From Octopus vulgaris (lineage: Eukaryota), in contig OX597837.1 in NCBI GenBank assembly GCA_951406725.2, positions 7,750,001-7,814,000 on the forward strand: a DNA stretch of 64,000 bases, in the 5' to 3' direction. Shown piece by piece: positions 51,094-63,645 of this stretch (within the stretch, counting starts at the first letter, position 1; each line of letters opens with the position of its first letter). A program made the translations under genes and the position numbers. The notes under the pieces are model-generated. The model was not told the origin of the DNA, did no database searches, and saw only the letters and a list, made by a program, of their open reading frames with translations.

Positions 51094-51642
51094 TTTATTC
51101 AATTGTATATCCATGCTACAATGCTGTGGATGAATGCTTTCTGTTCAATGTAAAAACACTAAGAGCAGGTTAGTTTGTTCAAAATCACATTGTTTCAAGC
51201 CATTCATTTCATAAGCACCATGTCACATGAGGAAAAACAGAAAAAAAAAAGAAAAAATACGAAAAAAAATAACCTAAAAAAAGGCCTATTATATCATGAG
51301 ATAATGAGTTAACAAGCTAGACAGCCAAGTGGTTGTTTGACCCGCTAGAAATAGTAACAGATCTCCACCATATCATGCTCAACTGTCTTGTGTATATAGT
51401 GTATATAGGTAGAGGCATAGATGTGTGGTTAAGTAGCTTGCTTCTCAACCACATGGTTCCGGGTTCAGTCCCACTTCATGGCACCTAGGGCAAGTGTCTT
51501 CTACTATATCCTTGGATCAACCGAAGCCTTGTGGGTGGATTTGGTAGATGGAAACTGAAAGAAGACCACCATGTATATATATGTGTGTGTGTGTATGTAT
51601 GCATGCATGTATGTGTATGTGTGTATATATATATATATATAT

Positions 51643-51681
<39 letters not shown>

Positions 51682-51683
<2 letters not shown>

Positions 51684-52043
51684 ATCCAAACATGAAAGCA
51701 CAAAAAAACACAACAACACGAGGACGCGGAACAAATATAGTATTATTGGACGCTCAGGAAAGAAGGAAGGTTTAACGTTTCGAGCAGAGCTCTTCGTCGG
51801 AAACATTGAAAAAGGAAAGATCCAGAAAAGGGAAGACCGAGGAAAAAAAAAATCCAAACATAAAAGCACAAAAAAACACAACAACGCGAGGACGTGGAAC
51901 AAAGATAGTATTATTGGATGCACAGGAAAGAAGGAGCGTTTAACGTTTCGAGCGGGGCTCTTTGTCGGAAACATAGGAGAAGGAAAGATCCAGAAAAGGG
52001 AAAACAGAGGAAAAAAATTGCCAACAGTACACACGAGGTCACG
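51682..52043 (-). mobile_element. Head-to-tail dimer (168-nt period) of a hammerhead-bearing element, retrozyme/Penelope-like
   Basis: Two direct units starting AATCCAAACAT…; hammerhead motifs at 51770-51804 and 51938-51972. Confidence 0.75.
51770..51804 (-). ncRNA. Minimal type I hammerhead ribozyme motif (U4C variant)
   Basis: Minus strand GUUU-CCGACGA-A-GAGC-UCU-GCUC-GAAAC-GUU-AAAC: stems I and II pair perfectly, and stem III is the loopless palindrome AACGUU. Confidence 0.65.
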
Positions 52044-52539
52044 TGTGTGTGTGTGTCTTTGTGTTGATGTTTGTCCCGCCCCCTAATCACTACTCAACAA
52101 CTGATGTTGGTGTGTCTATGTCCCCCGTAACTTAGCAGTTCAGCAAAAGAGACTAGAGTTACAAAGTACCAGGGATCGATTTCTTTGACTGAAACCCTTT
52201 AGGGTGGTGCTCCAGTATGGCCACAGCCAAATGACTGAAACAAGTTAAAGAGTAAAGAGTAAAGCGGTCAGGATAAATAGGTGGAATAACTTTGACCGTT
52301 GTTGTTGTTGTTTAACCCCAGGTCAGTACCAATCAGGCAGACCTCCATGATCAAAGACATTCCAACTGTTTATCCTATCCTTTATAATTTTTTTTCTTTT
52401 TTTTTGGAAAAGTGTATCTAGGAAAAGTGTATCTAGGATTACTTTGTCTAATGTTACTGATGTTGTTGTTGCTGTCCTCGTCCTTGCCCACGCAGCTTGA
52501 CAACTGAGACTAGTTACTGTATCTAACATTTATTGATGA

Positions 52540-53255
52540 TAAGGGTGGTGGCGGTGGTGGTGGTGGTGGTGGTAGTGGTGGTGGTAGTGGCGGTGGTGGT
52601 GGTGACAGTGGTGGCGGTGGTGGTGGTGGTGGTGGTGGCGGTGGTGACAGTGGTGGTGGTGACAGTGGTGGTGGTGGTGGTGGTGGTGGTAGTGGTTGTG
52701 GTAGTGGTGGTAGTGGTGGTGATGATGATAATTATGGTGGTGGTGATGGTGGTGGCAGTGGTGGTGGTGGCAGTGATGGTGGTGGTGGTATGACAGTGGT
52801 GGTGGCAGTGGTGGTCACCATTATGATGATGAAGATGATGCTGATGGCGATGGTAATGACATGTTGACGAGGAGAGAAATGATAATGATAATAGTAATAA
52901 CAGATGATGGTGATGATGATGATGATGGTTAGGGATATAAATGATGGTAAAGATGGAGGTAAGATGATGATGATGATGGTAGTGGTGATAGCAGTAGTAG
53001 TGTTGGTCGTGATGATGATGACATAGCTAGAGATGAAGGATGAAGGATGGATGGATGGATGGTGGTGGTGGTGATAACAAAGATGATGATGATGCTGATG
53101 ATGATGGTGGTGGTGGTGGTGGTGACGAATGATGATAATTATAAATGATAAATGATTGATGATGATGATGATGATGTTTATAGTAAATGTGATGGTTCCT
53201 ACTGCTTCTGCTTCTGTTGTTGTTGTTGCAGTGGTGGTTGCCATGGTGATGATAA
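52540..53255. repeat. (GGT/GAT)n low-complexity tract
   Basis: Trinucleotide repeats. Confidence 0.9.
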
Positions 53256-53403
53256 ATAATTAATGCTCTTTTTATCTGAAGCATGAAGCCAAACAACAGT
53301 TGTTGACACATTGTGATAGGGATGGGGTCTGTCTGTCTGTCCCTCTCTTACACACACACACTTGTAGACTTCATGCACATCCACTCTCTAACATACCATA
53401 CAT

Positions 53404-53434
<31 letters not shown>

Positions 53435-53435
53435 C

Positions 53436-53481
<46 letters not shown>

Positions 53482-53613
53482 GTATATACACACACATATA
53501 TATAATACATATATATATATATATATATATATACATACAAGTACACACTTATAAACTTCAACAGATATTTGCATCTCTCTACACACAACACTGACACTAT
53601 TCATCCCTCTTTT

Positions 53614-53664
<51 letters not shown>

Positions 53665-54372
53665 CATACATATACATACACACACAAATACACACTTAGA
53701 GACCACAAACATATATACACACTCATACACACAGTTCTCTTTAAACACTACATTTATTAAACATACATACACACATGCAAGTCAACAAGCCAGCCTCTAC
53801 ATGTTCACTTAATTTTGCTAGAAATAGTAACTAAATCACATTTAAATCGCACTCTACATTCTTAAAAAGGAACAGATTGGCTAATGTAACCTTGAGTTTT
53901 CTTGCACATAAGGAAAGACAGGATGGTCACAGTTGGATTGTGCCATCAGGATTGACTTGAGACAAAACAATACTAATTACACACTCACATATCTGATTTT
54001 TCTTTGTTTTTTTCCACTACACTGCCTGCACACACTATAGCTTGCAGATACACGCACACAAACACACGCATTCTCTCACAAACAGACATACATGAAAAAT
54101 GACAGGATGGCCATGGCAAGAATGCACTGACCCCCCCACACACACACGTCTATACATATATGTACATATGCATCTATAATATATATACACACATACAAAC
54201 ATCTACATATGTATACATACACACACACACATACATCTACATATGTATACATACACACACACATACATCTACATATGTATACATACACACACACATATAT
54301 ATATATATATATAAAGTCAATCACATATACATACATCTATATACATTTATACACATACATTCATACAATGTG

Positions 54373-54431
<59 letters not shown>

Positions 54432-54615
54432 GGATTTATATATATATATATATATTTCGATAGATAGATAGATAAACATACAGACAGACAAATAGACAGA
54501 CAGACAGACAGACAGATAGATGGATAGGTGGAAAGATAAATGAACAAATGGACGGACAGGTAGGTAGAGTAGGGGGAGAAACAGATTGATAGAAAGTTGT
54601 GTGTGTGTGTGTGTG

Positions 54616-54653
<38 letters not shown>

Positions 54654-54654
54654 T

Positions 54655-54689
<35 letters not shown>

Positions 54690-54797
54690 TGGATACACAG
54701 ACAGTCAGACAGATATTTTATTTTCCTGGAAATTCAAACCTAAACATTGAGTGTGTGTGCATTAGACACAAGAACAAAATCTGACTCATTTCCTCAC

Positions 54798-54920
54798 CAC
54801 ATCGCTAGTCTCAAATATGTGGTCATATTCGGAATGGCATGTGGCGTGACTGGAAGTACGTTATATTCGTTTATCTCTCTTTGTCCAAGATAACTGCCGC
54901 ACCACAAAGAGTTTAAATCA
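54798..54920 (-). CDS. Candidate coding exon (123 nt; DLNSLWCGSYLGQREINEYNVLPVTPHAIPNMTTYLRLAM), product unknown
   Basis: Minus-strand acceptor attatttatag| and donor TG|gtgagg; symmetric phase 2-2; open frame in non-repetitive sequence. Confidence 0.3.
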
Positions 54921-55619
54921 CTATAAATAATGTCACCTTTTTTTTTATTTTTTATTTTCTCCCTCCTAACCTGTCCTGATAGCAATTATGCCTCAGGTAC
55001 TTCTAGATGTATGTTACACTTGGTTGTTTGTCGCTGTTATTTTTATTGGCTTATATTTAATCGAACAGCGTGAAAAACCACCTGCAACTTGTTAAGTGAA
55101 CCTTGCCTGGCGTTTGAAATCCTCAATACACACACATCCGTCAACAAATGATTGAGTATCTAGAGCGAACTGATCATATCTTATCACCAACACGATCTAT
55201 ATAAACACCGGTGCTGTAAACAAACGCAGGTTGATGAAGAGTAGACCAGACCGCTTATGGAGAAAATTCGATTTTGCCACTGAACTAAGTCGGCTGCGAA
55301 TGATAACGCATGTTATATCATACACATATCTGTCTATGCTTTTCACCTCCATGAGCACAGATTTGTTAGAAGTGTTGAAACATTTCATAGAATTTCTGAC
55401 AGAGCAAGATAAATATAAACACTAATACACAATGGTTATAACTAAAGGAAACTCGTGGAGTAAGGGTTCGGGGTGGTTTTAAGTTGATACAGAGATTATA
55501 TAACATATTTCTACCTAAAGCAGAGGCCCTTGAACATTTTTTGGTTAGAGACCCCTACGAGCCATTTTTTTTACTTGGTATTCAAAGTTTTAAAAAGCCC
55601 TGTTATATTTTTATATAAC

Positions 55620-56087
55620 ATGGCACCTCGAGCAAGTGTCTTCTGCTATACCCTCGGGCTGACCACAGCCTTGTGAGTAGATTTTGGTAGACAGAAACTC
55701 AAAGAAGTCCATCGTGTGTGTATATATATTATCATCATCATCATCGTTTAATGTCTGTTTTCCATGCTAGTATGGAAAACAGACATCATTTGGCAAAAGA
55801 GACCGATAGAATAAGTGCTAGGCTTACAAAGAATAATTCCAGAGATCAGTTTGTTCAACTAAAGGCGGTACTCCAGCATGGCCACAGTCCAATGACTGAA
55901 ACAAGTAAAAGAATAAAAAATGTTATACAGTGGCTGTGTGGTAAGTAGCTTGCTTACCAACCACATAGTCATGGGTTCAGTCTCACTGCATGACACCTCG
56001 GGCAAGTGTCTTCTACTATAGCCTCGGGCCAACCAAAGCCTTGAGAGTGAATTTGGTAGACGGAAACTGAAAGAAGCCCGTCGTATA

Positions 56088-56148
<61 letters not shown>

Positions 56149-56590
56149 ATGTGTGTGCGTATATGCTTGTCTGTGTTTGTCACCCCAACATCGCTTGACA
56201 ACCAATGCTGGTGTGTTTACGTCCCTGTAACTTAGTGGTTCAGTAAAAGATACCAATAGAATAAATACTAGGCTTACAAAGAATAAGTCCTGGGGTCGAT
56301 TTGCTCAACTAAAGGCGGTGCTCCAGCATGGCCACAGTCAAATGACTAAAACAAGTAAAAGAGTAAAGAGAATATATCTTTTTAATTAACACACAAACAC
56401 ACACACAAACACACACACATATATATACATATATACGACAGGCTTCTTCCAGTTTCCGTCTACCAAATCTACTCACGAGGCATTGGTCGGCCCGAGGCTA
56501 TAATAGAAGACACTTGCCCAGGGTGCCCCGCAGTGGGACCGAACACAGAACCATGTGCTTAGTAAGCAAGCTACTTACCACAGAGTCACA
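55620..56590. mobile_element. Cluster of three SINE family A copies (+, +, -)
   Basis: 55620-55920 partial (+), 55930-56370 full (+), 56430-56590 5' half (-). Confidence 0.85.
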
Positions 56591-56942
56591 CCCGTTCATT
56601 GTTTAAACGCAACCACAAATGAAGTCACTTGTAATATATACAAAAACCAAAATGCGATTCACAGACGACTCAAAGGCAGAGTACGAAATATATTAAACAC
56701 AAACAAAGGATGAATAATCTACCAGTGCAATTTATATGTGAGTATATACAGTTTATTAAAAGTCCATTATACATCATAAATACGTCCACACCTTAGATTA
56801 TGTCAAGGAATGTTTGATTAAGTACAGTAAAGCTTTGTTACATCTGATGATATTGGAATAGCCCGACAATAATATACACATTAGTAGCATATATATGTAA
56901 TAAATAAATGATATATAATATAATATAATATAATATAATATG

Positions 56943-56984
<42 letters not shown>

Positions 56985-56985
<1 letters not shown>

Positions 56986-57285
56986 GAGGCACATGGCCTA
57001 GTGGTTAGAGCAGCAGACTCGCAGTTGAGGGATCACAGGTTTGAATCTCAGACTGGGCGATGTGTATGTTTATGAGTGAAACACCTAAGCTCCACGCGGC
57101 TCCGGCAGAAGGTAATGGCGAACTTCTGCTGACTCTTTCGCCACAACTTTCTCTCACTCTTTCTCCCTGCATCTTGCAGCTCACCTGCGACGGACCGGCC
57201 CCACCGTCCAGGTGGGGAACCAATACGCCAAGGAAACCGAGAAACGGCCCCTTATGAGCCAGACATGGCTTGAGAAGGAACATCC
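56985..57285 (+). mobile_element. tRNA-derived SINE family C1
   Basis: GGAGGCACATGGCCTAGTGGTTAGAGCAGCAGACTCGCAG head; body with CCTGCGACGGACCGG…CCGTCCAGG, reminiscent of a V-SINE-like domain. Confidence 0.85.
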
Positions 57286-57330
57286 ATATATATATATATA
57301 TATATATATATGCATGTAATAATATAAATA

Positions 57331-57369
<39 letters not shown>

Positions 57370-57455
57370 AATGTGTATATGTATGTATAGATGTAAGTAT
57401 GTACAACTACATATGTATATATGCATATATATGCATATGTGGGCTCAGGACATCA

Positions 57456-57795
57456 TGAAACGTGTGCAGCAAAAAAGTACGAAGCACGAGTACATGGAAC
57501 ACAAACTATTCTTTTAAACAACAAAACACACAAATAGAAAACAAAACAAAGAACATAAAGATCGACCTTTCATCAGTTGTTGGCTGTTTTTCTAGCCTTG
57601 TATTTCGAGCATTTGGTACAGGATGCCACCAACGGTGCAGATAACATGAAATATGTAAACAAACGAAGGAAAAACTGGAATGCGTAAAAAAAACCCCAAG
57701 AAAAATGGAAAACAAGACAAGTAAACACAGAGAAAGGACCCTTCATCAGTTGTCAGCTTTCAATCTACTCCTTATTTCGAGCATTCAACGACAAT
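57456..57795 (-). mobile_element. Diverged tandem pair of short elements with CTGATGA and GAAA cores
   Basis: TTCATCAGTTGT and ATTTCGAGCATT each occur twice, about 172 bp apart. Confidence 0.5.
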
Positions 57796-57834
57796 GTATG
57801 TACATATTATAATTATTTGGATTATATCTATCTA

Positions 57835-57864
<30 letters not shown>

Positions 57865-57867
<3 letters not shown>

Positions 57868-58009
57868 TGGAGTAAACACATAAATGTGAAACAAGGTGGA
57901 AAAAAGAGTACTCAAATACCAGAGGTAGAGTAATCTGCTTTATCTAAAAGCAGCAGAAATTTAACAAAAGCTGTTACTCAGAGTTTCACGTTCCCGTTCA
58001 TTGGACAAG
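57865..58009 (-). mobile_element. Single-arm copy of the 25418-25662 element
   Basis: Collinear with 25418-25560; minus strand TTGT-CCAATGA-ACG-GGAA-CGT-GAAA-CTC-T-GAG-TA-ACAG. Confidence 0.75.
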
Positions 58010-58047
58010 TATCTATCTATCTATCTCTCTCTCTATATATATATAAC

Positions 58048-58220
<173 letters not shown>

Positions 58221-58380
58221 AAATAAGGATAAGATTGTTAATTTAAATATCGACCTTATCAAGTGGCCAGCATGGGAATAAAAACCTTCAAAGGTAATAA
58301 TTATTATTAAAATTATAATTTAGGGTATCTAAGAGATACCTCCACGCTGGAAATAGCAGCCAAAACTTGACTCTAAAACC

Positions 58381-58436
<56 letters not shown>

Positions 58437-60138
58437 GTAGATGGATAGATAGATAGATGGATGGATAGATAGATGGATGGATAGATAGATGGATGGATAG
58501 ATAGATGGATGGATAGATAGATGGATGGATGGATAGTGCACAAATGGTTGTAATGTATGTGCCTGGTGTACCCTTATCAGACAGGTAGTCATGATGGGTA
58601 TATTGGGCTTTGTATATTTGTACCCGAGTGTCACTTTGATGGCATGCGCTGCTCTTTCACTCAATTGTAAGTAAATAAATAGATGTCTGTAAAGGAGGGA
58701 AAGCAGAACTATTTGAACAATTTCTAGTGAAGGAGAGCTGAGGAAGAGAAGAGCGGGGACAGAAGGAATAAAGTAGCTCTCAGAAGACAACAAGTGACTG
58801 CCTGACAGACTGGCCTTGATAACATAACACACACATAGAACCACATACAGAACCATACACACGCACACAGGTACAAAGACACTCACACACAAACAGGCAT
58901 ACAGACACACACACACACACAAAGATGCATACATACATACACAAAAAGATGCAAACACACACAGACAGAACCACATACACACACAGAGATGCAAAGACAC
59001 ACACACACACAGGTACAAAGACAATCACATACAGGTACACACACACAAAGATGCATACATACACACATACACACACAGAACCATATACACACACTGAGAT
59101 GCAAAGACACTCACTCATACAGGCACACACACACACACACACAAAGATGCATACACATACACACACAAAGATGGATATACACACACACAGAACCACATAC
59201 ACACACTGAAGTACCAAGACACATACATACACACACAAAAGGATGCATACACACACACACACCAAAAGATGCATACATATATATACACACAGAACCACAT
59301 ACACACACACACACAGGTACAAAGACACTCTCTCGCACACACACACATACACAAAGACACACACACGCACACACAAGCATGAAGCCATTGGCATGTCAGA
59401 CGTAAAGAGGAAAGGGTGAAAGCTGTCTGAGAGGCAAAGAGAGATTAGCTATATGGCTAAGGATGGGGGGAGGGAGGGTTTTGGTGATGGTCATGGTGGG
59501 AGCCAGCCATCATGGGGACTGTTGTGATGATAGTGGTGGTTGTGGTGGTAGAAGAAGTAGTATTAGTGGTGGTGGTGGTGATGGGGAATGTTGGTGTTAG
59601 AAGTGGTGGTGGAGGTGGTGATTGCAGTGGTTGTGGTGGTAGTGTTTGTGAAAATTGTTGGTGTCAGTGGTGATGACGGTTGTGGTGCTGGTGTTGGTGG
59701 TTAATATTAGTAGTGGTGGTCATATTGGCATTGGCGAAGGTGGTGGCAAAGTGAGATTAGCTATATGTCTAAGGATGGGTGGGGAGGCTTGTGGTGATGG
59801 TCATGGTGGGAGCCGGCCATCATGGGGACTGTTGTGATGATAGTGCTGGTGTTGGTGGTTACTATTAGTAGTGGTGGTCATATTGGCATTGAAAAGGTGG
59901 TGGCGGTGGCAGTCAACAGCCTTGTAGTAGACATTGTGACAGTGGCAATGATGGTAGTGGTGGTGGTGGTGGTGGTGATGATGGTGGCCTTCCGCTTTAT
60001 CCTTTATTATAGTTGTTGGTGGTGGTGGTGGTGAGGGGTGGTGGTGGCCACTGGCGCTGGTGATGTTGTCATCCTGGTTGTGGTCATAAGTCTCTAAAAG
60101 CAAATTTTGAGATGGTACGTGTGTGTGTGTGTACATAC

Positions 60139-60169
<31 letters not shown>

Positions 60170-60989
60170 ATGGGGGGGGGGCATAATCTTAAGATGGCTT
60201 AATACGCTAGATTGACAAATGTCTGTGTGTACTTTGTATAAATAATACTATTTTACATGGCATCTTATGGAGAGAGAGGAGAGAGGAGAGGGGAAAGAGA
60301 GAAAGAGGAGAGAGGTGGGAGAGAAAGTGAGAGATTGTCGGTCAAATATGACCATATGCCAAAGGACAATCCAAATAGCCAAAGTAACAGGTAGTAGAGG
60401 TGGTGGTGGTAGTAGTTGTGGTGGTGATAGTTGTGGTGGTGGTGGTAGTTGTGGTTGTGGTGGTGGTGGTAGTAGTAGTTGTGGTGGTATTGGTGGTGTT
60501 AGCAGTAGTGGTGGTGGTGTAGTAGTAGTAGTTGTGGTGGTGTGGTGGTAGTGGTAGTAGTAGTTGTGGTGGTGTTGGTGGTGGTAGTAGTTGTAGTATT
60601 AGTAGTAGTAGTAGCGATGGTGGTGGTGGTGGTCTTGCAAATAATTTGTCATGTTTAGGAAGTAGCGTAACTCGACAAGGTGCATAGCTTGGAGATCAGA
60701 GAGACTCTCCAAGCTGAGCCACCCTTCCTCCGCACTGAGAGGTCGTAGCTCTGGTGCTACGGACACGTGGGTGGTCAGTGCCGGGACCAAGGAGACAAGG
60801 TACCCAATAAGCTTTGTAAAAGGGATCAGCATTAAAAAAAAAGGGTACCCAGCCATAGGTACCATACCAAAGCAGAAAATGGGAGTCCAACGCAATCTTC
60901 CAACTGATCAGATTCTGACAAACTGTTTGGTCCACGCCGGCAAGATGAAGGTTAATTGATGATGATGATAATGATGTGTGTGCACGTGA

Positions 60990-61292
60990 AGGCACGTGGC
61001 TTACTGGTAAAGTTATTTGGCTCTTGATCGTAAGGTCATGAGTTCAATTTCTGGCAGTGCATTGTGATCTTGAGCAAGGTTCTTTACTTCATGTTGCTCC
61101 AGTCCAGTCGGCTGGCAAAAATGAGTGGTACCTGTAATTCAAAGGGTCGATGTTGTCTCGTTCTGTGTCATGCTTAATGTCCCTGATAACTATGTTTTAA
61201 TGGTACAGGTGTCTGTGGAGTGCTCAGCCACTTGCACGTTAATTTCACAACCAAGGGGTTCTGTTGATCGGCTCAACTGGAACCTTCGACAT
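60990..61292 (+). mobile_element. Older tRNA-derived SINE
   Basis: A box TGGCTTACTGG, B box GAGTTCAATT, then TGTGATCTTGAGCAAG. Confidence 0.65.
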
Positions 61293-63645
61293 CGTAACCG
61301 ACACATGCCAGGTGTGTGTGTATGTGTGTGTGTGTGTGTGTGCATGTGTCTGGTGTGTGTGCATGTGCATGCATGCATGTGTGCATGTGTCTGGTGTGTG
61401 TGCATGTTTGGTGTGTCTGCATGTGTGTGTGCATGTGAGATGTAAAATATAAAGAGAGCAAGGAAAAAAGAAAGGGAGAGAAAGAGGACAGATAATTAAG
61501 GGGAATAGATGAGGCAAAAGATCAATCCCTATTTCACTCCCTACCAATTGTACCCCACCCCGTTTCCAACACCCCCACCCTTCCACCCCCAATACCTCAA
61601 CATGAGAAGTATCGAACACCCAGGTAATTAGCATAACATTACAATACAAACTTTTTGCGGTTCAATTCACGTTGTTCGTAAGTAACAGATCAGAGATTTA
61701 ATTATTTTTTACTTCTCTTCAGTCAGTATCTCACTTATACTTTGATTTGCAAAATGTTGTTAATTGGAGAAGTGATAACTTAATTGAATAATTAATTAAT
61801 TAATTAATTAGCTAATTAGAATAACACTTACTCCAATATATGAAGAAAATGACAGAAATTGAAAGAAGAGACTGAAGAATTCAGAAAATGGACAGAAGAA
61901 TCATAGAAAACAATACATGATTTCAAAACATTAGATCCCCATGGTGCAAGAATTTATTATACATGACATCCAATAGATGGCGCTCATTTTCTTTAACCAC
62001 ATTCATACCACTGGCCTCTTTTGAGTATTTTCTCTTCTTTTTAATTCATGTAAATTATCCTTAGCTAAGTTCTAAATTTTTTGTATAAATTCTAAATTCT
62101 TCATATATATGCTTAAATTAACTAAATTCTTTCTGTATGTGCTAAATTAATTACAACAGATCAAAGGCATGATGAACAATGCTGTTCTGATGAGGCCAAA
62201 TCAATCCTGAAACTCTGTGTCCATAGCAGTGTTGTCAACTATGGGCCTGGTGTTTCAGATTAGACTGTACATTTTTTTAAAAAAACTTTCCAAGCATATT
62301 AATCCATCCATCTTCTCTGTCCACTATTCCTGAAAGGGCCTTAGTTGTAGAATCCTCAAGAACATCCTATAGATGAAAATCCTATCAGGGGTTGGGGTAT
62401 TCGGCTCATGATCGTTAGGTCACAAGTTCAATGCCCACCAACACATTGTGCCCTTGAAAAAAACCCTTCATATTGTTATACACTTAGGCATATATTGCAG
62501 GGGAACAGGCTGTAATAGCCACAAGGTATGCATAATGATTAAATAACAGGGAAAAGATATTAATGTCCACCTTCTGAAGAAATGGGGCTCACAAAACTTG
62601 TACCATTGAAGCAAGTGTAAAGGCTAATATAATTAAAACTTACTTTTTGCTTTTCTTTTGTTATTTCATCACACACACAATGTTATGCCATGTATTCATG
62701 CCGATTTATCAGCATTACAGTACATATATGTAATAATTGTTCACTAGAGATGTGGCAGTCACAGAGTAAAGAAAGATTCTATTTTACTGAAGAGGACATG
62801 TGAGACAGAAACATGTGCTAATTTGTCACTATACCTGACAAAGATCAGAACAATTCTTTCCACATCATCACATGCCTAATCCCAATTTTCATTAATTAGA
62901 ATGTTATTTGTGTTATTAACACATTTCAATTATTGGTGATTTAAAATGGTCTCTCCTGAGTAGCTAGTGTAGGATTAAGAAGTGACTCAATGCTCATTTC
63001 ACCTCAATTAAAATAGAATTAGTGGTTAATTAATTAGTGTTTGTTTCTCATTACATTATGTGTGCTTGCACTTAATATATATATACAATAAAATAGTTTT
63101 ATACAACAGAAATGCCAATACAAAAAAAAAAAAAAAAAAGCTATACAGTCAAAAGATGGATTATCCTTCAGATGCACTACAATGAATAGTTTCCCCGATT
63201 ATCAGTTCTTTAGATAATGATTTTTTAATCCACTTTAATTACAATAATGAAAATAAATCATTTCCTGAAGAACAGATTAGAATGAAATTATTTCTTGCAA
63301 AATTCCTGATGAATAATCCAGATTTTCAATACCATACACGCATGTGTGAGTATTTATGCATTTGTGTTTAAATATTATATCAACAATATATGAATTGAAG
63401 TGTGTACATCCACATTCAATGTAAATATCCCATATACACAACAGATATACCATAACTATGCCATATCTACAGTGTATAAATCACACCACAATATCAGCCT
63501 GAAATCTTAGAATAAAATTTTCCTTCCAAATTCGAAGTTATCCTCTGTATAAGTTGCATGCCAGTTTTTTTTTTCCAGTTATAAAATCGCATAAAATAAT
63601 GTGACATACAAATTAGTAAAAATGGTGAGTGTGTGTGTGTATATA

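Larger units (their letters stand above)
51411..52263 (+). mobile_element. SINE family A interrupted in its internal microsatellite
   Basis: The 5' half lies at 51411-51600 and the 3' half at 52045-52263, flanking the hammerhead dimer. Confidence 0.8.

Noticed and set aside
56985-57060. Apparent tRNA genes (also 26717-26792, 39670-39745, 17125-17190)
   Set aside because: They are SINE heads: the acceptor stems are incomplete and they continue into repeat bodies found in multiple copies.
61630-63600. Long repeat-poor AT-rich stretch as a 3' UTR or gene
   Set aside because: No ORF of 60 aa or more and no linked exon; it cannot be supported from sequence alone.
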